From Cycas panzhihuaensis (Eukaryota; Plantae; Cycadophyta), in assembly GCA_023213395.1 (NCBI GenBank), contig CM041465.1:230275741-230339740 (forward strand): DNA of 64,000 nt, in the 5' to 3' direction. A program made the translations under genes and the position numbers. Shown here piece after piece: positions 1 to 13,568 of this stretch (position 1 is its first letter; every line of letters starts with the position of its first letter). The notes below the pieces were generated by a model. It ran no database searches, was not told where the DNA came from, and saw only the letters and a list, made by a program, of their open reading frames with translations.

Positions 1-1253
1 TGCTTGTCCCAACGTTCCACACTTCTATATAACCAACATTCCTTTTTTCTATTAATTCCTTCATCTAGTCCTATCCCCATCTTTGAACCTCTACTTAAAC
101 CTCTTTCCCATAAAGAGCGTCTATCACTAATCTTGTATAACTCTTATTTCCCTAAGATCTCTAATTATCCAACCAAACCTGTCTTGATCATAACCCCTTG
201 TCAAATCAATTCCTAAACCTCAAGTATTACTTGCTATATAGTTCTCTTCTCCAAGTTTTCCACATATACAAATCTATTGACAATCACCTCATGGATCCCC
301 ACTTCTCTCACTCATTCTTGCATTATGCAATCATTGATGTACGATCTTTATGATCAATTCTTTTTCAGCCTTCTAAAATCACATTATAACTTTTCTTATA
401 AATCCTCTCAGTATTCTTAGTACCTCTCATTCCTTGAGCAATGTCATTTGAGGACAAAATGTGCAATCACAAAATAGAAGCATGGTCAAGCATCAAGGCA
501 CCACATAGGTCCTAGGATCATTTCAATATAGAACAAGCTATAACATGTACCTAGTTCCAGGAATGAGCATCTGCAAATTCAAATCACTCATCAACAATTT
601 TCAACGAAAGTTGCAAGACTAGACCTAATTTTTATGACATACATGATTTAGCAAATGGTGGCTAGAACTGCTAGTCAAAGCTGGACCTAACAAGCTCTAC
701 ATGCAACTACCCATACTTTGAGGGTGAAGTATCTCAAGGAAGGGAGAGTTGTTACATTTCTAAGTTTTGAAGAAGTTGGTGAAGTTAATTTGTATGATAA
801 TAAGGAAGAATTATTTAATATATATTTATTATGAATTCACTATTTTTAGGAGAGACACTCATTGCATCCCTAAATTAAATGAACTCGGTATTTTGAGGAG
901 AGAGAATTAGTTGGATTTAGAGAGAGAAAATAAGTCTATAAATAGAGGACCTTCATTCATTTTAAAATTATCTTTGGAGAATTTGATATTTTGGATATGG
1001 ACTAATGGCTTAGAGCCATTAGCGCATTATTGTGCCATTTTGAGAGGAAACCCTCATCTTGAAGAGGGCAAGATACTATTGTTATTTTATCTGATATTAA
1101 TCCAATATTATTATGGCATGCTTGATATTAATCTAATATTAGCATGTGGTTTGCTATTATATTTGAAGTATTCTGGATATTTGTTGTTATTTTTATAAAT
1201 TATCTATGGTGTAAATGCTATATTTTTTGTCTATAAGTAGTGGCATTGCCACA
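1..1253 (+). mobile_element. 3' end of a decayed Ty3/gypsy element (integrase tail, PPT, 3' LTR ~750-1253) inserted in copia C
   Basis: Just before 750 the sequence reads ...TLRVKYLKEGRVVT, a gypsy pol-end-like motif. The purine tract aaggaagggagag precedes TGTTAC at 750. TATAAATAG is at ~937. The segment ends ...gccaCA at 1253, where copia RT sequence begins. Confidence 0.6.
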
Positions 1254-1919
1254 AACCAACTATACAAAAATTGTTCTACAAGGCTTCAACATGGAAGATT
1301 GCAAATCGATATCAACTCCAATGGAAGCTAAAGCAAAATCACTTTAGATGCAAAAGGAAACCCTATGAGTGAAACACTATATTAGAGATTGGTAGGTAAT
1401 TTATTTTACCTAACAACCATTAGGCTAGACATTACATATGCAGTAAAAATAATATTTCATTTTATTGTTGGAACCTTTATGTTATAATGTTATGTATTAT
1501 GTGAAGTTACTTTATCACTTAAACATGATAAAGTATACACACACCTCTTTCTAGTATGTGTAATGTTGTAACTTATGGGTCAAGGGACCCTACACCCTTG
1601 TATTTACATATTTGCACATATGTATGCATGATAGACAAGTGTCCTTCATGTAATCTGCTTGTGTGCATATTTGATACTTGTCAAACATGCAGCACCCTAA
1701 AGAGCATCCTCCTCACCTGTATATTGAGATCATTCTCTCATATATAGTAAGAGTGTATGAGATGTATTGTTATGTTGTTATTTTGAATACAAGTTAATCT
1801 TATTTGGAGCTAGGATTAGTTTCTCTTTTTCCATTGCTAATGTGCTTATTTGCTTACTTAGTTGATGTTATTTAGTGATGTTAATCGTCTAAGCCTTGTA
1901 TGATCTCTTTCTCACATTT

Positions 1920-1931
1920 TGGTATCAGAGC
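1920..1931 (+). promoter_or_regulatory. Primer binding site (initiator tRNA-Met) of element B
   Basis: TGGTATCAGAGC 3 nt after the LTR end; this is the canonical plant tRNAi-Met PBS. Confidence 0.9.
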
Positions 1932-2899
1932 TATTTGGTAGGGGAGTGCTTGCTGAATTTCAAGGCTAGGGAGAGTGCAACAAAACCCTTGGTGATGACC
2001 TTCGCACTCCAAAGGCAATCCAAGGCAATTTTTGGTCTAGTTTTATTATGTTCTCATCTTAGATTTGATATTTTAGGGGTTTAAGATCAATAAAAGAATT
2101 AAATTTTTTTTTTTAGGATATTAACACTTGTAGGAAGGGAAAGAGAGAGAGAAATCTGTGTTTTTTTCTCCATTTTGCATCTCAGAATTTATTATTGCAA
2201 ATGTTCTTATTCATTGGTGAAGAATTTTACACCTTGCACGCAACATGCACTTTGTTTGGACCATGATCTGTTGTCCAAACTATTGTTGGGCACTTAGCTT
2301 GCTAATTTACATCTGTTTTGCAGAGGAAAACCACTGTTGGGCACCATTATTGTGGAGAAATCACTAAGAAGTCACTTAATCAAGTTGTTGGATGTTGTAT
2401 ATCTGTCTAGGATGTTTGTACATCAATCAAGGAATAATACAATGGTAGCAGTCATTAGTAATAAGCCCTAGATCTATTAAACTCATCTCCATAGTTGTGC
2501 AACCCTCTAATCATGAAAACGACCCATTCTCTATGTATAAGACATCAAACAACCTTAGACAAGTTCTAGAATGATGTTAATGTATTGAGAAGACATTGTC
2601 TAGCACCCTCCTATGATTTCAAAGCTTCATTCGATTGTTCTAATCAATTTTCTTGACTTTGTGTCATCGTCGCCGCTATCACAAAACGGATTTTGACCAA
2701 AAGTTTCAATTTTCAACTTTTGAGTTAGAACAATTAGCATATCTTAAGAATATTCCATTTTAAATAAACTTTATGTCCTAAAGTTTTATCTTATTAAGTG
2801 CTTTTTAATTATTATCTCATCATTTTTTAAAGAAAAATAATTTATTTTTATTTTTGACTTTGATAAACACTTAAAAAAAATTACAAGTGTGTTTATCAA

Positions 2900-5800
2900 T
2901 GTAAAAGGTAATGTTTTGTCTAGAGTAATGTTTTATCTAGGTTGTCTAAACTTTCTTGTAAGGGTCATGTATCATTGCCCCCTTTCTCCTCCAGAATGAC
3001 AAGTGGCATAATCTCATTAAGTGGTTTCCATTTGTCCCATATACTTTGAATTGTATTTATACATTTGCAAATGATCAATAAAGACACATGAGAGAATCCT
3101 TTCTACATGGTATCAGAGCAGGTTGTTGAAGTTCCCCTTCCTGTGAGATGATTAGATTTTTGATAACCAAAAGGAGCATTGGGTCAAGCAAGTCAAAGAA
3201 GAACAGAGATATTCATCAAGCCAAGTCTTAGACAAAGGTTCGTGATCTGTGTATGGAGCCGAGTACGAACAGAGTACGGAATTGTACAGGCGACACAAAA
3301 TCAAAGTTGTCAGAATCTCACAAAACTTACCCAGATTATAGATCAGAGTCCTCTAGACATTTTTCTCTTCAGGAATGATGTCATTTGAAGCCGTTTCAAG
3401 GGACTTTTGCCTAGTTCTATAGGCACGTGGGTTTGGAGGCCTTTCACTTCAAATTCTCAAAAATCTGGCTTGAATCCCGGGTATTAAGTACCTAAACTCT
3501 CTCTCACTATAAATCAAAGAGATTGGATCATATTTTGTTGATTTTTTCTCAGCTTTGAGGGGCTTTTCATCATTTTTCTCAAAATCCTAGGGGCACAGGT
3601 TTGCACATTGACAGTGTCGTTTCTCTTATACCTGAGAGAGTTTTGGGAAAATAACTTCAAATCTGGACACCCATTTTTGAGATCTATCAATTGGCATCTT
3701 GTTTTTTCCCATCCGTACACTTTGAGTTCCGCACAAAAATCCGTACAACTGCACAATCCTGTCAGAAATCAAATTCTGTGATTAATCATGGTCTCCTCTA
3801 CTGGTTCCTTGCTTAAGAATGATAAATTAACTGAAATAAATTTTAGTATTTGGAAAATCAAGATAGAAGGTCTCTTAAGAGCCAAGCATGCCTAGAAAAT
3901 CACCACTGGTGATGAAAAACAACTCTCTGACATAGTCGATTTGCTAAATTGGGAGGAAAGAATCAACATTGCTCTCTCTGTGCTTAAACTTTCAATCTCC
4001 GATTTTTTGCTAGTCTATGTGGATGGTGTTGAAAGCACTCATGAGATATGGAAAACAATGTCCTCTATGTTTAGTCAGAAAAACGAAGCCAGGATTGTTG
4101 CCCTAAGAGAAGAACTTTATAAGCTCAAGATGAAAGAAGGTCAAACTGTATCATACTTCATAGCCAAATTGGCCAATATTAAAACTTCTCTTCTCACAGC
4201 TAGAGACAAAATAACCAACACTGAACTAATACATCTTGTACTCAACAAATTACCAAAGTCGTTTGATAACATGGTAAATATGCTGACTGAAGGAGAGCAA
4301 ATTGCTACTATGATGTTTGATGTTCTTACAGGTCATATGCTCAATCAGGAGCAAAGGAATCAAAGATATGAAGAAGACTCAGAGGTTGAAGAAACACTTA
4401 TGACTAAATTTCACTTGGGAGGTCAAGGAAGAGGACAATATAATCCCAAGACGCGAGGAAGAACAACAATAGGCTACAGAGGTCATTTGAATGAAGGAAG
4501 GGGATGAGGAAGAACGATCCTTAATCCACCACATGATGTAAGAGTCTGATTCAATTGTGGTAAACCTGGCCATTTTTCAAGCAACTGCACAGCCTTCGAC
4601 GTTTCCTACCATTGCATACAAATAGGTCACTTTCTGTATCAATGTCACCAGAGAAGGGTTGAAATTCAAAAAGGGAAGCAAGTGACCGGAAACTATAGCA
4701 GAGAATGAGACATTGCAGAAGGAGAATTTGAAATAGCATTCATAGCAGCATTAGCAGCGACCACTAATGCTTCAAAAAATTGGTATGTTGATTCAGGAGC
4801 CTCACATCACATGACAGGAATTAAAGAGTGGTTTGAAATCATCAAACCATATGATCTTGACAAATCTGTGGAATTAGGGGACAATTTCCCTTTGCATATA
4901 AAGGAAATAGGCCAAATTACCATAGAAATTGATGGAAATATTCAACGGATAGGCAATGTGTTCTTTGTACCAGGATTGAATAAAAAGTCTTCTGTCAGTA
5001 TCTTAGTTAAGTGATAAGAAACTGAGGACAGTATTTGATGAGAACGGCCTTTGTTACATTCTAGACATAAAAAGGAATGGTGCTGTAATAGCAAAGGGAG
5101 AAAAATGTAATAGGCTTTATAAGCTTCTCTCTACTCTTGTATTGCCTGATAAAGGACCTACAAAATCTTCTTATAATGTAAATTTACTTGTTGTGACCAG
5201 CAATGATACTAATAAAATGTGGCATTTGAAGTATGGTCATATTTCACATGATAGATTAGAAGGAGGAGGTGACACCAAAAGAGACATGGACAGGTCACAA
5301 ACCGAATGTAGGTCATCTTAAGATTTTTGGTTGCAAAGCATATGTATACATTCCCGACAAGAAAAGAACCAAGTTAGATAATAAAAGCATAGAATGTATA
5401 ATGGTTGGGTATAGTAGTCGTTCAAAGGCATATTGCTGTCTTGATCCAAAGACAAATAAACTTTATGTAAGCAGAGATGTGATATTTGATGAAAGGAAAA
5501 GACTCACAGAAGCCAATCATCAAGAAATAAACGTTGGTGATCAAAGTCCAGAGAGAAGTCAGCCAGAAGATAAGTCAGACATCACATTTGATAGTGTTGT
5601 AATAGAAAGTGATAATTTGGATGAGGAATCATCTGATACACAACAAACAAGTGACTCCAATGCTCATCCATCTGATACTCAACAAGCCAGTGGTTCAAAC
5701 TTACATTCAGAAGGTGAAGAAACAAGACAATCATAGGAACAAATCTCCAAAAGATTACCAAAGTGGTATCTCAAAACCCTTGAAAAAACAAGGGGGGAAG

Positions 5801-7469
5801 TATTTGAGCATCGAACAAGGTCTCAGAAACCACAAGCTCTAATCTACACTATTGAGCCAAATGTTTACAGAGAGGCAAACAACTTTTCAGCTTGGAGAGT
5901 AGCAATGGATGCAAAGATGAAGGCCATTTATAAAAACGAAACATGGGATCTGGTAACACCGCCTAAGGATAAACCCATTGTAAACTACAAATGGGTATAT
6001 AAAGTGAAAGAAAAACCAAATGGTGAAATTGAGAAATACAAGGCAAGACTAGTAGTGAAAGGCTACACACAAACAACTGGAGTCGATTATGAAGAAATGT
6101 TCTCACCGGTAGCCAAGTTAAATACTGTGAGAATGGTAATTGCAATTGCAGCTCAAAAAGGATGGAAGATTTACCAGATGGATGTTAAGAGTGCTTTTCT
6201 AAATGGAGATCTACAAGAAGAAGTGTATATGTATTAGCCTAAAGGATACATAAAGTCAGGACAAGAAAATATGGTCTACAAACTAAAAAAGGCTTTATAT
6301 GGGCTCAAACAAGCACCAAGAGCCTGGTATGCAAAGTTAGATGCATATCTAACTCAAAATAGCTTTCACAAGTGTGAGTCAGATCATAGCTTGTATGTGA
6401 AATTTAATCAAGGATTAACATCCATCATAGTAGTATATGTGGACGACATGCTAATCACAAGAGATGACGAAGACTCGATTGCATTCATCAAGAAGAGATT
6501 TGAAAAAGTATTTGAAATGACAGATTTTGAAATGCTGCACTATTATCTCGGGATTGAAATTAAACAAAATAATGAATCTGTTGTTTTATCTTAGTTAAAA
6601 TATGTTAAAAATTTGTTGAACAAGTTTAATATGGAAAGTTGCAATAGTGTCACCACTCCAATGGAAACTGGATGTGTATTAAACACTAAACAAGAGGCAT
6701 AATTAGTTGATGTAACACTGTATAGGCAATTGATTGGAAGTCTAATTTATCTCACAGTTACACGACCAGACATTTACTATGCAGTCGGTGTAGTTTTCAA
6801 ATTTATGGAAAATCCCAAAATACCTCATTAGAACGCTGCAAAAAGAATCTTGCGGTATCTAAAAGGAACCATAAATCTTGGATTAGAATACAGAAAAAAT
6901 AACAATATGCAATTAATAGGTTTTTGTGACTCTGACTAGGTTGGAGATAGAAAAGACAGAAAATCAACATTAGGATATTGTTTCTTTTTAGGAACGCCCT
7001 TAATTTTCTGGAGCAGCAAAAAGCAACACACAGTTGTTTTGTCTTCAACAGAGATCAAGTATAAATTAGCAGTCAATGCAGCATGTGAAGGAATTTGGAT
7101 TAGACAACTTCTTAAGGACCTTGGACAAAGACAAACAGTACCTACTCAGTTATTCTATGATAATCAAAGTACCATCAAAATGACCAAGAATTTTAGCAGG
7201 GAAAAATTTGTTGGTTTTAGAAATCATTTAGGATTAAAATAGATAAAACATTAAGAGGAGGTGTAAAAGGTAATGTTTTGTCTAGAGAAATGTTTTATCT
7301 AGGTTGTTTAAAGTTTCTTGTAAGGGTCATGTATCATTGCCCCCTTTCTCCTCCAGAATGACAAGTGGCATAATCTCATTAAGCGGTTGCCATTTGTCCC
7401 GTACACTTTGAATTGTATTTATACATTTACAAATGATCAATAAAGACACATGAGAGAATTCTTTCTACA
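2900..7469 (+). mobile_element. Copia element A (short LTRs), complete boundaries, TSD ATCAA, nested in the leader of B
   Basis: 208-bp LTRs at 2900-3107 and 7262-7469 (TG...CA, 9 substitutions counted by eye). ATCAA flanks at 2895-2899 and 7470-7474. PBS TGGTATCAGAGC at 3108-3119; PPT aagaggagg at 7253-7261. Confidence 0.95.
3788..7255 (+). pseudogene. Degenerate gag-pol of copia A (Gag, protease WYVDSGASHHMT, GAG-pre-integrase, RT YVDD, partial RNase H); integrase core deleted
   Basis: ORFs 3941-4507 (Gag), 4811-5014, 5269-5736 (post-INT SH3-like region), 5905-6237 and 6271-6594 (RT: QMDVKSAFLNG, YGLKQAPRAWY, VYVDD), 7039-7242. Stops and frameshifts throughout. Confidence 0.9.
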
Positions 7470-8433
7470 ATCAAATCAAAAAATTCTTTTTTAAGTCATT
7501 TGTAGTACAATGAGTGAAAAAATCATATTTGCACATGTTTTCAAGCTCCCTACGTGGTGTCCTACTTAGTCTTTGATCATTAAATAGGACTAAAAAAATA
7601 TTACAACACTGATAAAAAATCAAAAATTTTAATGTGTGTTAAGACTAATTTAAAGTCCTAACATTTTTTTGGTGAGTGTTTTGTCTTTGCACAAAGTGAT
7701 TAAAATCTTGCAAAATCCTTATCTGATAAGTATTAAGGAAGGAATATTTTCAAAAGCACTACAAGGCAAGTTTTTTTTGCCCATTAAAATACTTGAAGGT
7801 GTATTTCAAGTGTTATATCAGGCAAGTTATCTTTTTCAATACTTGAAAGTGTTTTTCAAGCATAAAAGCAACTATTTTACAAGCATTTTTCAAGTTTCAA
7901 GTAAGCATTATTTCAACATTAAGCAAGTATCTCAAGTTCAAAATAGATTTTTTACTCACAACACATTCTTTCAAACTTAAAATTGATTAAAATATTAAGT
8001 GGGGAGGCTAGAAAAAGGTTCAAACCTTGTCTCTAGTCTTAAGATTGGTGCATTCCCTATGGGACCAACTAATTGTACAGTCAATGCACAACAATTGAGA
8101 CTTAAAAACTATGGGAAAAAAGATTCGAAAAGGGTGTTACTGGAGTTGTGAACTCTAAGAAAAATACAATATGGCCGTGCAGATCAACCCTACCTTACTT
8201 GTACTAAGATCGATCTTGGCCAACTGTTGGATCTATTTATAGATCAGGGTTGGACCACTCAACAAGCTTAGCCCTCCACATTCATTGTATTTTTCAGTTG
8301 TTGGATCTTCTTTATAAGATCATAACTATTGATGTACTTACAAACTTAAGTGGCAACAATTTCGAGTTTTCAAATTAATTTCTTAGTTGCAAGAATTTCA
8401 AATACAAAATTTAAAAAGTTGTTTGCCATAGCA

Positions 8434-11400
8434 ATGCTTAATGCAAGCCATATCAAGTTGAATGGACCTGATAACTTTCAAGACTAGAAGAAACAAGCAA
8501 AGAATCTATTGATAATGAATGAGCTTTGGGGTTATATATGTGGATGAATTCCCAAGTTTGCATCAACTCAAAGCACTGTGAATGCTACTATTATAATTCC
8601 TATTGATCCTGCTCTTGTTGTTGCATAGAAAGAAAAATATGAAATTGCCTTGGCTTTCTTCCATATGATTATTTATAAATGCTACTATTATAATTCCTAT
8701 TGATCCTGCTCTTGTTGTTGCATAGAAAGAAAAATATGAAATTGCCTTGGATTTCTTCCATATGATTATTTATAATATTATAGATTAGAATATTGCTACT
8801 GTTGCTACATCTAAAGATGAATGGGATACACTATTATCATTGTAAGAAAGGCAGGATGATGCTCGCATTGTAATATCCAAAGCTAAACTATTTACTAATA
8901 AATTTGTTGAGTCAATGATAGTTTTTTATCTACTATTAAAAAAGTAAACAATCAATTGACAATTTTGGGCAAACTTGCATCTAATGAAAACCTTGTTACT
9001 GTCACAATTCATGTTTTACCAAGGAAGTATAATGGTTTTATCTCCTCCATCACAAGAGGAGGCACTTTGGGCACTATGACATTCAACTAACTAGAAAGTC
9101 TCTTACTATGGGAGGAGCAAATCTATTCTTGGCAAGAAGGGACAACTTCAAGGACATTTATTGCCAAGTATAAAGGCCAACAACCAATGGCTTTCAAACA
9201 GAACTTGCATAAACAATTTAGAAACCTCAATATTGGCATTTCAAAAGCCAAAATAGTTGTATGCCATTATTGTGGCAAGATGGGACACATTTAACTTGAA
9301 TGCAGGAAGAAGCAATTTGACTTGCAACAATAGCATCAACAACCACAACAACAACAAAGATAGCAGTACCAATAGAGGCAACAATAGCAACAATCTCCAC
9401 AAAGACCAAATTGAGGTGCATTTCGAAGAGGTCAATGTGGAAATCAAAGGGGGACATTTAGAGGTGGCTATCAAACCCACACAAATCAATATTCTGATGA
9501 AAAGATGTTTTACATATATCATAATAACAGAAGTGACAACACTTCGATTGTCAACTGAGGAGCATTCTGTCATATGACTAGTGATGTAGATTTGTTGTAT
9601 GATATTGGTGAGAGGAAGGGATAAATTGTTACCTTTGGTAACAGTCAGTCCATACAAATATCTGGTGTTGGAAAAATTGCTTCCTTTCACACTTTATAAA
9701 ACCTTGCTCATACATTTTTCACTAGTGATGTATTCTTAGTGCTTTCAATGCCTAAAAATTTGCTATTTGTTAGCCAACTCCATAAGCAATAGATTAGTGT
9801 ATTTTATAAATCGGAAATGTACAATTAGTGATAAATATGATCAAATGATTGCCATTCATTATGGAGACCATGGACTATACAAATTGGATGCATCTCAAGC
9901 AACACTTGATACTTCACAAGCCTACATCACTAAATCTTTGACTAAGGAGAAACTATGGCATAATAAACTAGGTTGTTTGAACCTAAAGAGCATCAAACTG
10001 ATGTTCTGCAAAAACATGGTGTTTGGCTTACTTAAATTTTTAGTAGGTAAGTGCTTCTGTGAGGTATACAATATGGGAAAACAACACAGAGAGTCTTTTC
10101 AGAAAGCCAAAGCATGGCAAACTTCACAACTATTACAACTTGTTCATAATGATATTTGTCGACCGATGTTCACACAATCTTTTGGAGGAGCATCATACTA
10201 CATCACTTTCATCAATGACTTTTCTCACAAAGTTTGGGTATATTGCATTAAATACAAATCTAAAGTATTGACAAAATTTAAAAAATTCAAACTTGCAATA
10301 GAGAAGGAATTAGACATGCAAATTAAAATATTGCATTCTAGTAATGGAGGTGAATTCACTTCAAGAGAATTCAACAAGTTCTACATTGATCATGGCATCA
10401 AAGGACAACTCATTGTTTCATACACACCACAACAAAATAGGTAGCTAAGAGGATGAATAGGACTTTGGCTAGCAAAGCCAAAACTGTGATGCATGTTAAA
10501 GACTTACCATTAACCTATTGGGTATAAGCACTTCATATAGTTGTTGCTTATGTCACCAATAAAAGCTCCACAATGACAGTCTGGGATATGACACTACAGG
10601 AGGCTTGGACTGGCAGGAAGCCAACTATTAGCCACCTATGCACATTTGGATGCACAACTTGCATGCATGTTCCCCATCAACAAAGGTAAAAATTAGATTT
10701 AAAAAGTTTAAAATGCATCTTCATTGGTTATACAGTTGGAAGCAAAGCATACAGAGTTTATGATCCTAGTGGGAGGAAAATACATGTAACCAGAGATGTT
10801 ATCTTTGTTGAAGATAATAAGGAAATGGACCAAGCATCCATCCATATTCCTCTTGACAAAGGAGTAGAGATTGTTGAGAACTTCTTTCCCTCTCAATCAT
10901 CAACACCATGTACATCTTCTACACTTGTATCTTCTTCGTCCACATCAATTCCATCTTCTTCATCAAATTCTCTTTGATCTTGGAAATCTTTTTGACATTG
11001 AGTAGCCTTTGCAGGTTTAGGTCATTGAGATCACAACTATAATGATAAAGAAACTACCAAAATGGTATATAGAGACAATATAAGATGTTCAATTGTTTAA
11101 AAGAACACATCTATCAAAGATGAGGCAACAATCTGTCAATTATGTGCTTTCCATTGATAAGCCTTATACTTTTGAGGAGGCATGTAGAGATAAAATGTGG
11201 AATGTTGTCATGATTGATGAGATCTATTCTTAAAAAGAATGGAACTTAAGATTTGGTAGAGTTACAAAAGAGAAAACAGGCAATTAGTTGCAAGTGGATT
11301 TATAAAACTAAATTTCAATCTGATGGTTCAATCGAGTATCACAAGGCTCAACTTGTTGTTAAAGGATTTAAACAAAAGGAAGGCGTAGATTATGATGAAA

Positions 11401-12366
11401 CTTTTGCACCAGTTATAAACATGAACACAGTCAGACTGATATTGGCTCTAGCTGCACAATGCAAATGGCCCATATATCAAATGGACATAAAGAGCCTATT
11501 TTTTAATGGAAATTTTATAGAGGAGGTATATTTGGAGCAACCTCTTGGCTATACAACACATGGCAAAGAATGTTTGGTCTATCGTCTTAAAAGGGATTTA
11601 TATGGCTTGAAACAGGCTACACATGCATGGTATTCAAAAATTGATGACTACTTTCTGAGACATGCATTTCATCAATCCTCATCAAATCCAAATTTGTATA
11701 TAAAAATTAGGCACTAGTACATTACTTTTGTCATGAAGAAACACAACCTGTGGATTTGACACTTTACCAACAATTAGTGGGTAGTTTGATCTATTTGACT
11801 AACACTAGGCTTGATTTATCATTTGCAGTTGGAATTTGTTCATGGTACATGTCTCAACTCAATCGAAAGTATTGAATAGTAGCAAAATGTATATTGAGAT
11901 ATCTTAAAGACACATTGAAACATGGCCTTCAGTATACACACAATGAGGATTCTACACTGGAAGGGTTCTTGAATTCTGATTAGTTTTGTTGTCAGGAATA
12001 CTGTTGGTCTATCTCAGGGTATTGTTTCAACCTTGGGTTAACTGTTATCTTAGGGAGTTGCAAGAAGCAATCAAATGTTATTATATCTTTCACAGAAATA
12101 GAATTTAAAGCTACAGTTAGTGCAACACGTGAGGTTATATGGTTGAAGAGGATTTTTAATGAGCTTGGACTTGAGTAATCTCACGCCACCAGAATTTATT
12201 GTAATAACCAAAATGTGTTCAAGATGATTAAGATTCTAGTGTTTCATGTAAGAACCAAGCATATCAAGGTCCATCACCACTTCATCAGGGAACATGTATA
12301 GAATGGGGAAATTAATCTTGTTTATAGGCTTACAAATCAACAATTGTCAAATATCATCTAACCCTT
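8434..12366 (+). pseudogene. Degenerate gag-pol of copia B
   Basis: Starts MLNASHIKLNGPDNFQD*KK. Zinc knuckle CHYCGKMGH at ~9262. Integrase ORF 9767-10444 (HNDICRPM, GGEFTS, YTPQQN). RT ORF 11253-11717. RNase H to ~12366. The YVDD region is missing (deletion near 11730). Confidence 0.9.
8581..8774 (+). repeat. Direct tandem duplication, 2 x 97 bp, inside gag of B
   Basis: aatgctactattataattcc...atttata at 8581 and again at 8678, near-identical. Confidence 0.9.
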
Positions 12367-13568
12367 GTTTTTCATTATTTCTATATGATCTCTTTCTCAC
12401 ATTTATGACTGCTCCCAAAGCAATTCACTAGAAAGTTGGTAAGAAAATTATAAGATATGTCAAAGGTACCTTAAATCTAGCTTTAGAATGTTCAAAGGCT
12501 CAAGATACTAAGTTGATCAAAAACACTGATTTGGATTGGGTCAAGAAATCCACTAACAAAAAATTAACTACTTGATATTGTTTCACTCTAGGTATTGGTA
12601 TCAATTCCTGGAGCAACAAGAAACAATCCACAATTGCATTTTCTTTCATAGAGGCTGCGTACAAAGCAGTAATCAGAACTTCATGCGAAGTCATCTAGTT
12701 CAAAAGAATGCTAGAAGAATTAAATTAGGCTCAATCTTTCCTAACTTCCATATTTTGTGACAACCAAAGCACTATAAAATTAACTAAAAATTCAATTTTT
12801 CATGCTAGAACCAAACACATTGTAGTCCACCATCACTTCATTAGAGAAAAAGTTTAGAAAAGGGAGATTGAATTGCAATACTTCCTAAGTGAAGAAGAAT
12901 TATCAAACATCTTCACCAAGCCTCATGGAAAACAAAAATTTCAGCATCTCAGATGGTAGATTGGTGTAAGATTTAGAGAATAAACATTATAGGGGGATGT
13001 TAAAGATAATATTTATTTCTAATCTGTAGTTTTTAAAATCATAATCTTGGGATGTATTTCTAATAATTGAGGGTCATGTATCGTTTCCCCTTTCATTGCA
13101 TGAAGTGTTGGTTGTGGCATTCAACTCTAATACCACAATGTTCTCTTTGAGCATAATGCTCTTGTTGGATGTGAAGCCAATTCTGGTTTTCAACATGATG
13201 ACTATACAACTGATATGTAAAATTTTCTTCCCGCTGGGTAGCTGAAAGTTGCTTGTGGCCGATAAACCATGGATGGAGCAAAAATAGTTTTTTGCTTTTT
13301 CTTTTTCAGCACAGCTTTTTTGTCACAGCCTTTTGACGTGGCTTTGAAGTTGGTGTTTTTCATATACAAATCCAATCAAGCTGTTGTATTGAGACAAATA
13401 AAAATGTACTTCTAATCTTCGTGCTAATAAAGGAGAGGCCTTTGTTTAGTGGTTTTTTACCTTGGTACTCTGCCAAGGTTTTCCACGTAAAATTTGTGTT
13501 GTTTTCTTATACTCTCTCTTGGATTTAGTACTTGTTTAGTGTTTGTGTATTGTTATTTTTCTCTTACA

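Larger units (their letters stand above)
1466..12401 (+). mobile_element. Copia element B (long 5' leader family), TSD TTTAT; 5' LTR 1466-1916, 3' LTR almost entirely deleted
   Basis: TTTAT at 1461-1465 and 12402-12406 splits the codons of element C exactly. The LTR runs TG...CA (1466-1916) with a PBS at 1920-1931. Only the last 18 nt of the LTR (tatgatctctttctcaca) recur at 12384-12401. Confidence 0.85.
1254..13568 (+). mobile_element. Copia element C, 3' part (RT/RNase H remnant 1254-1465 + 12407-~12990; 3' LTR 12998-13568), interrupted by element B
   Basis: 1254-1465 translates to TNYTKIVLQGFNMEDCKSISTPME...DITYAVKIIFHF. The frame resumes at 12407 as M-TAPKAIH*KVGKKIIRYVKGT, followed by RNase H motifs (CDNQSTIKLTKN, HARTKHI, HHHFIREK). 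PPT aggggga then TGTTAAAG at 12998; probable end ctcttaCA at 13568. Confidence 0.8.

Noticed and set aside
9227-9690. Overlapping ORFs with poly-Asn, poly-Val or poly-Leu as novel genes (also 49034-49466)
   Set aside because: They are alternative frames or strands of the (CAA)n tract in copia gag.
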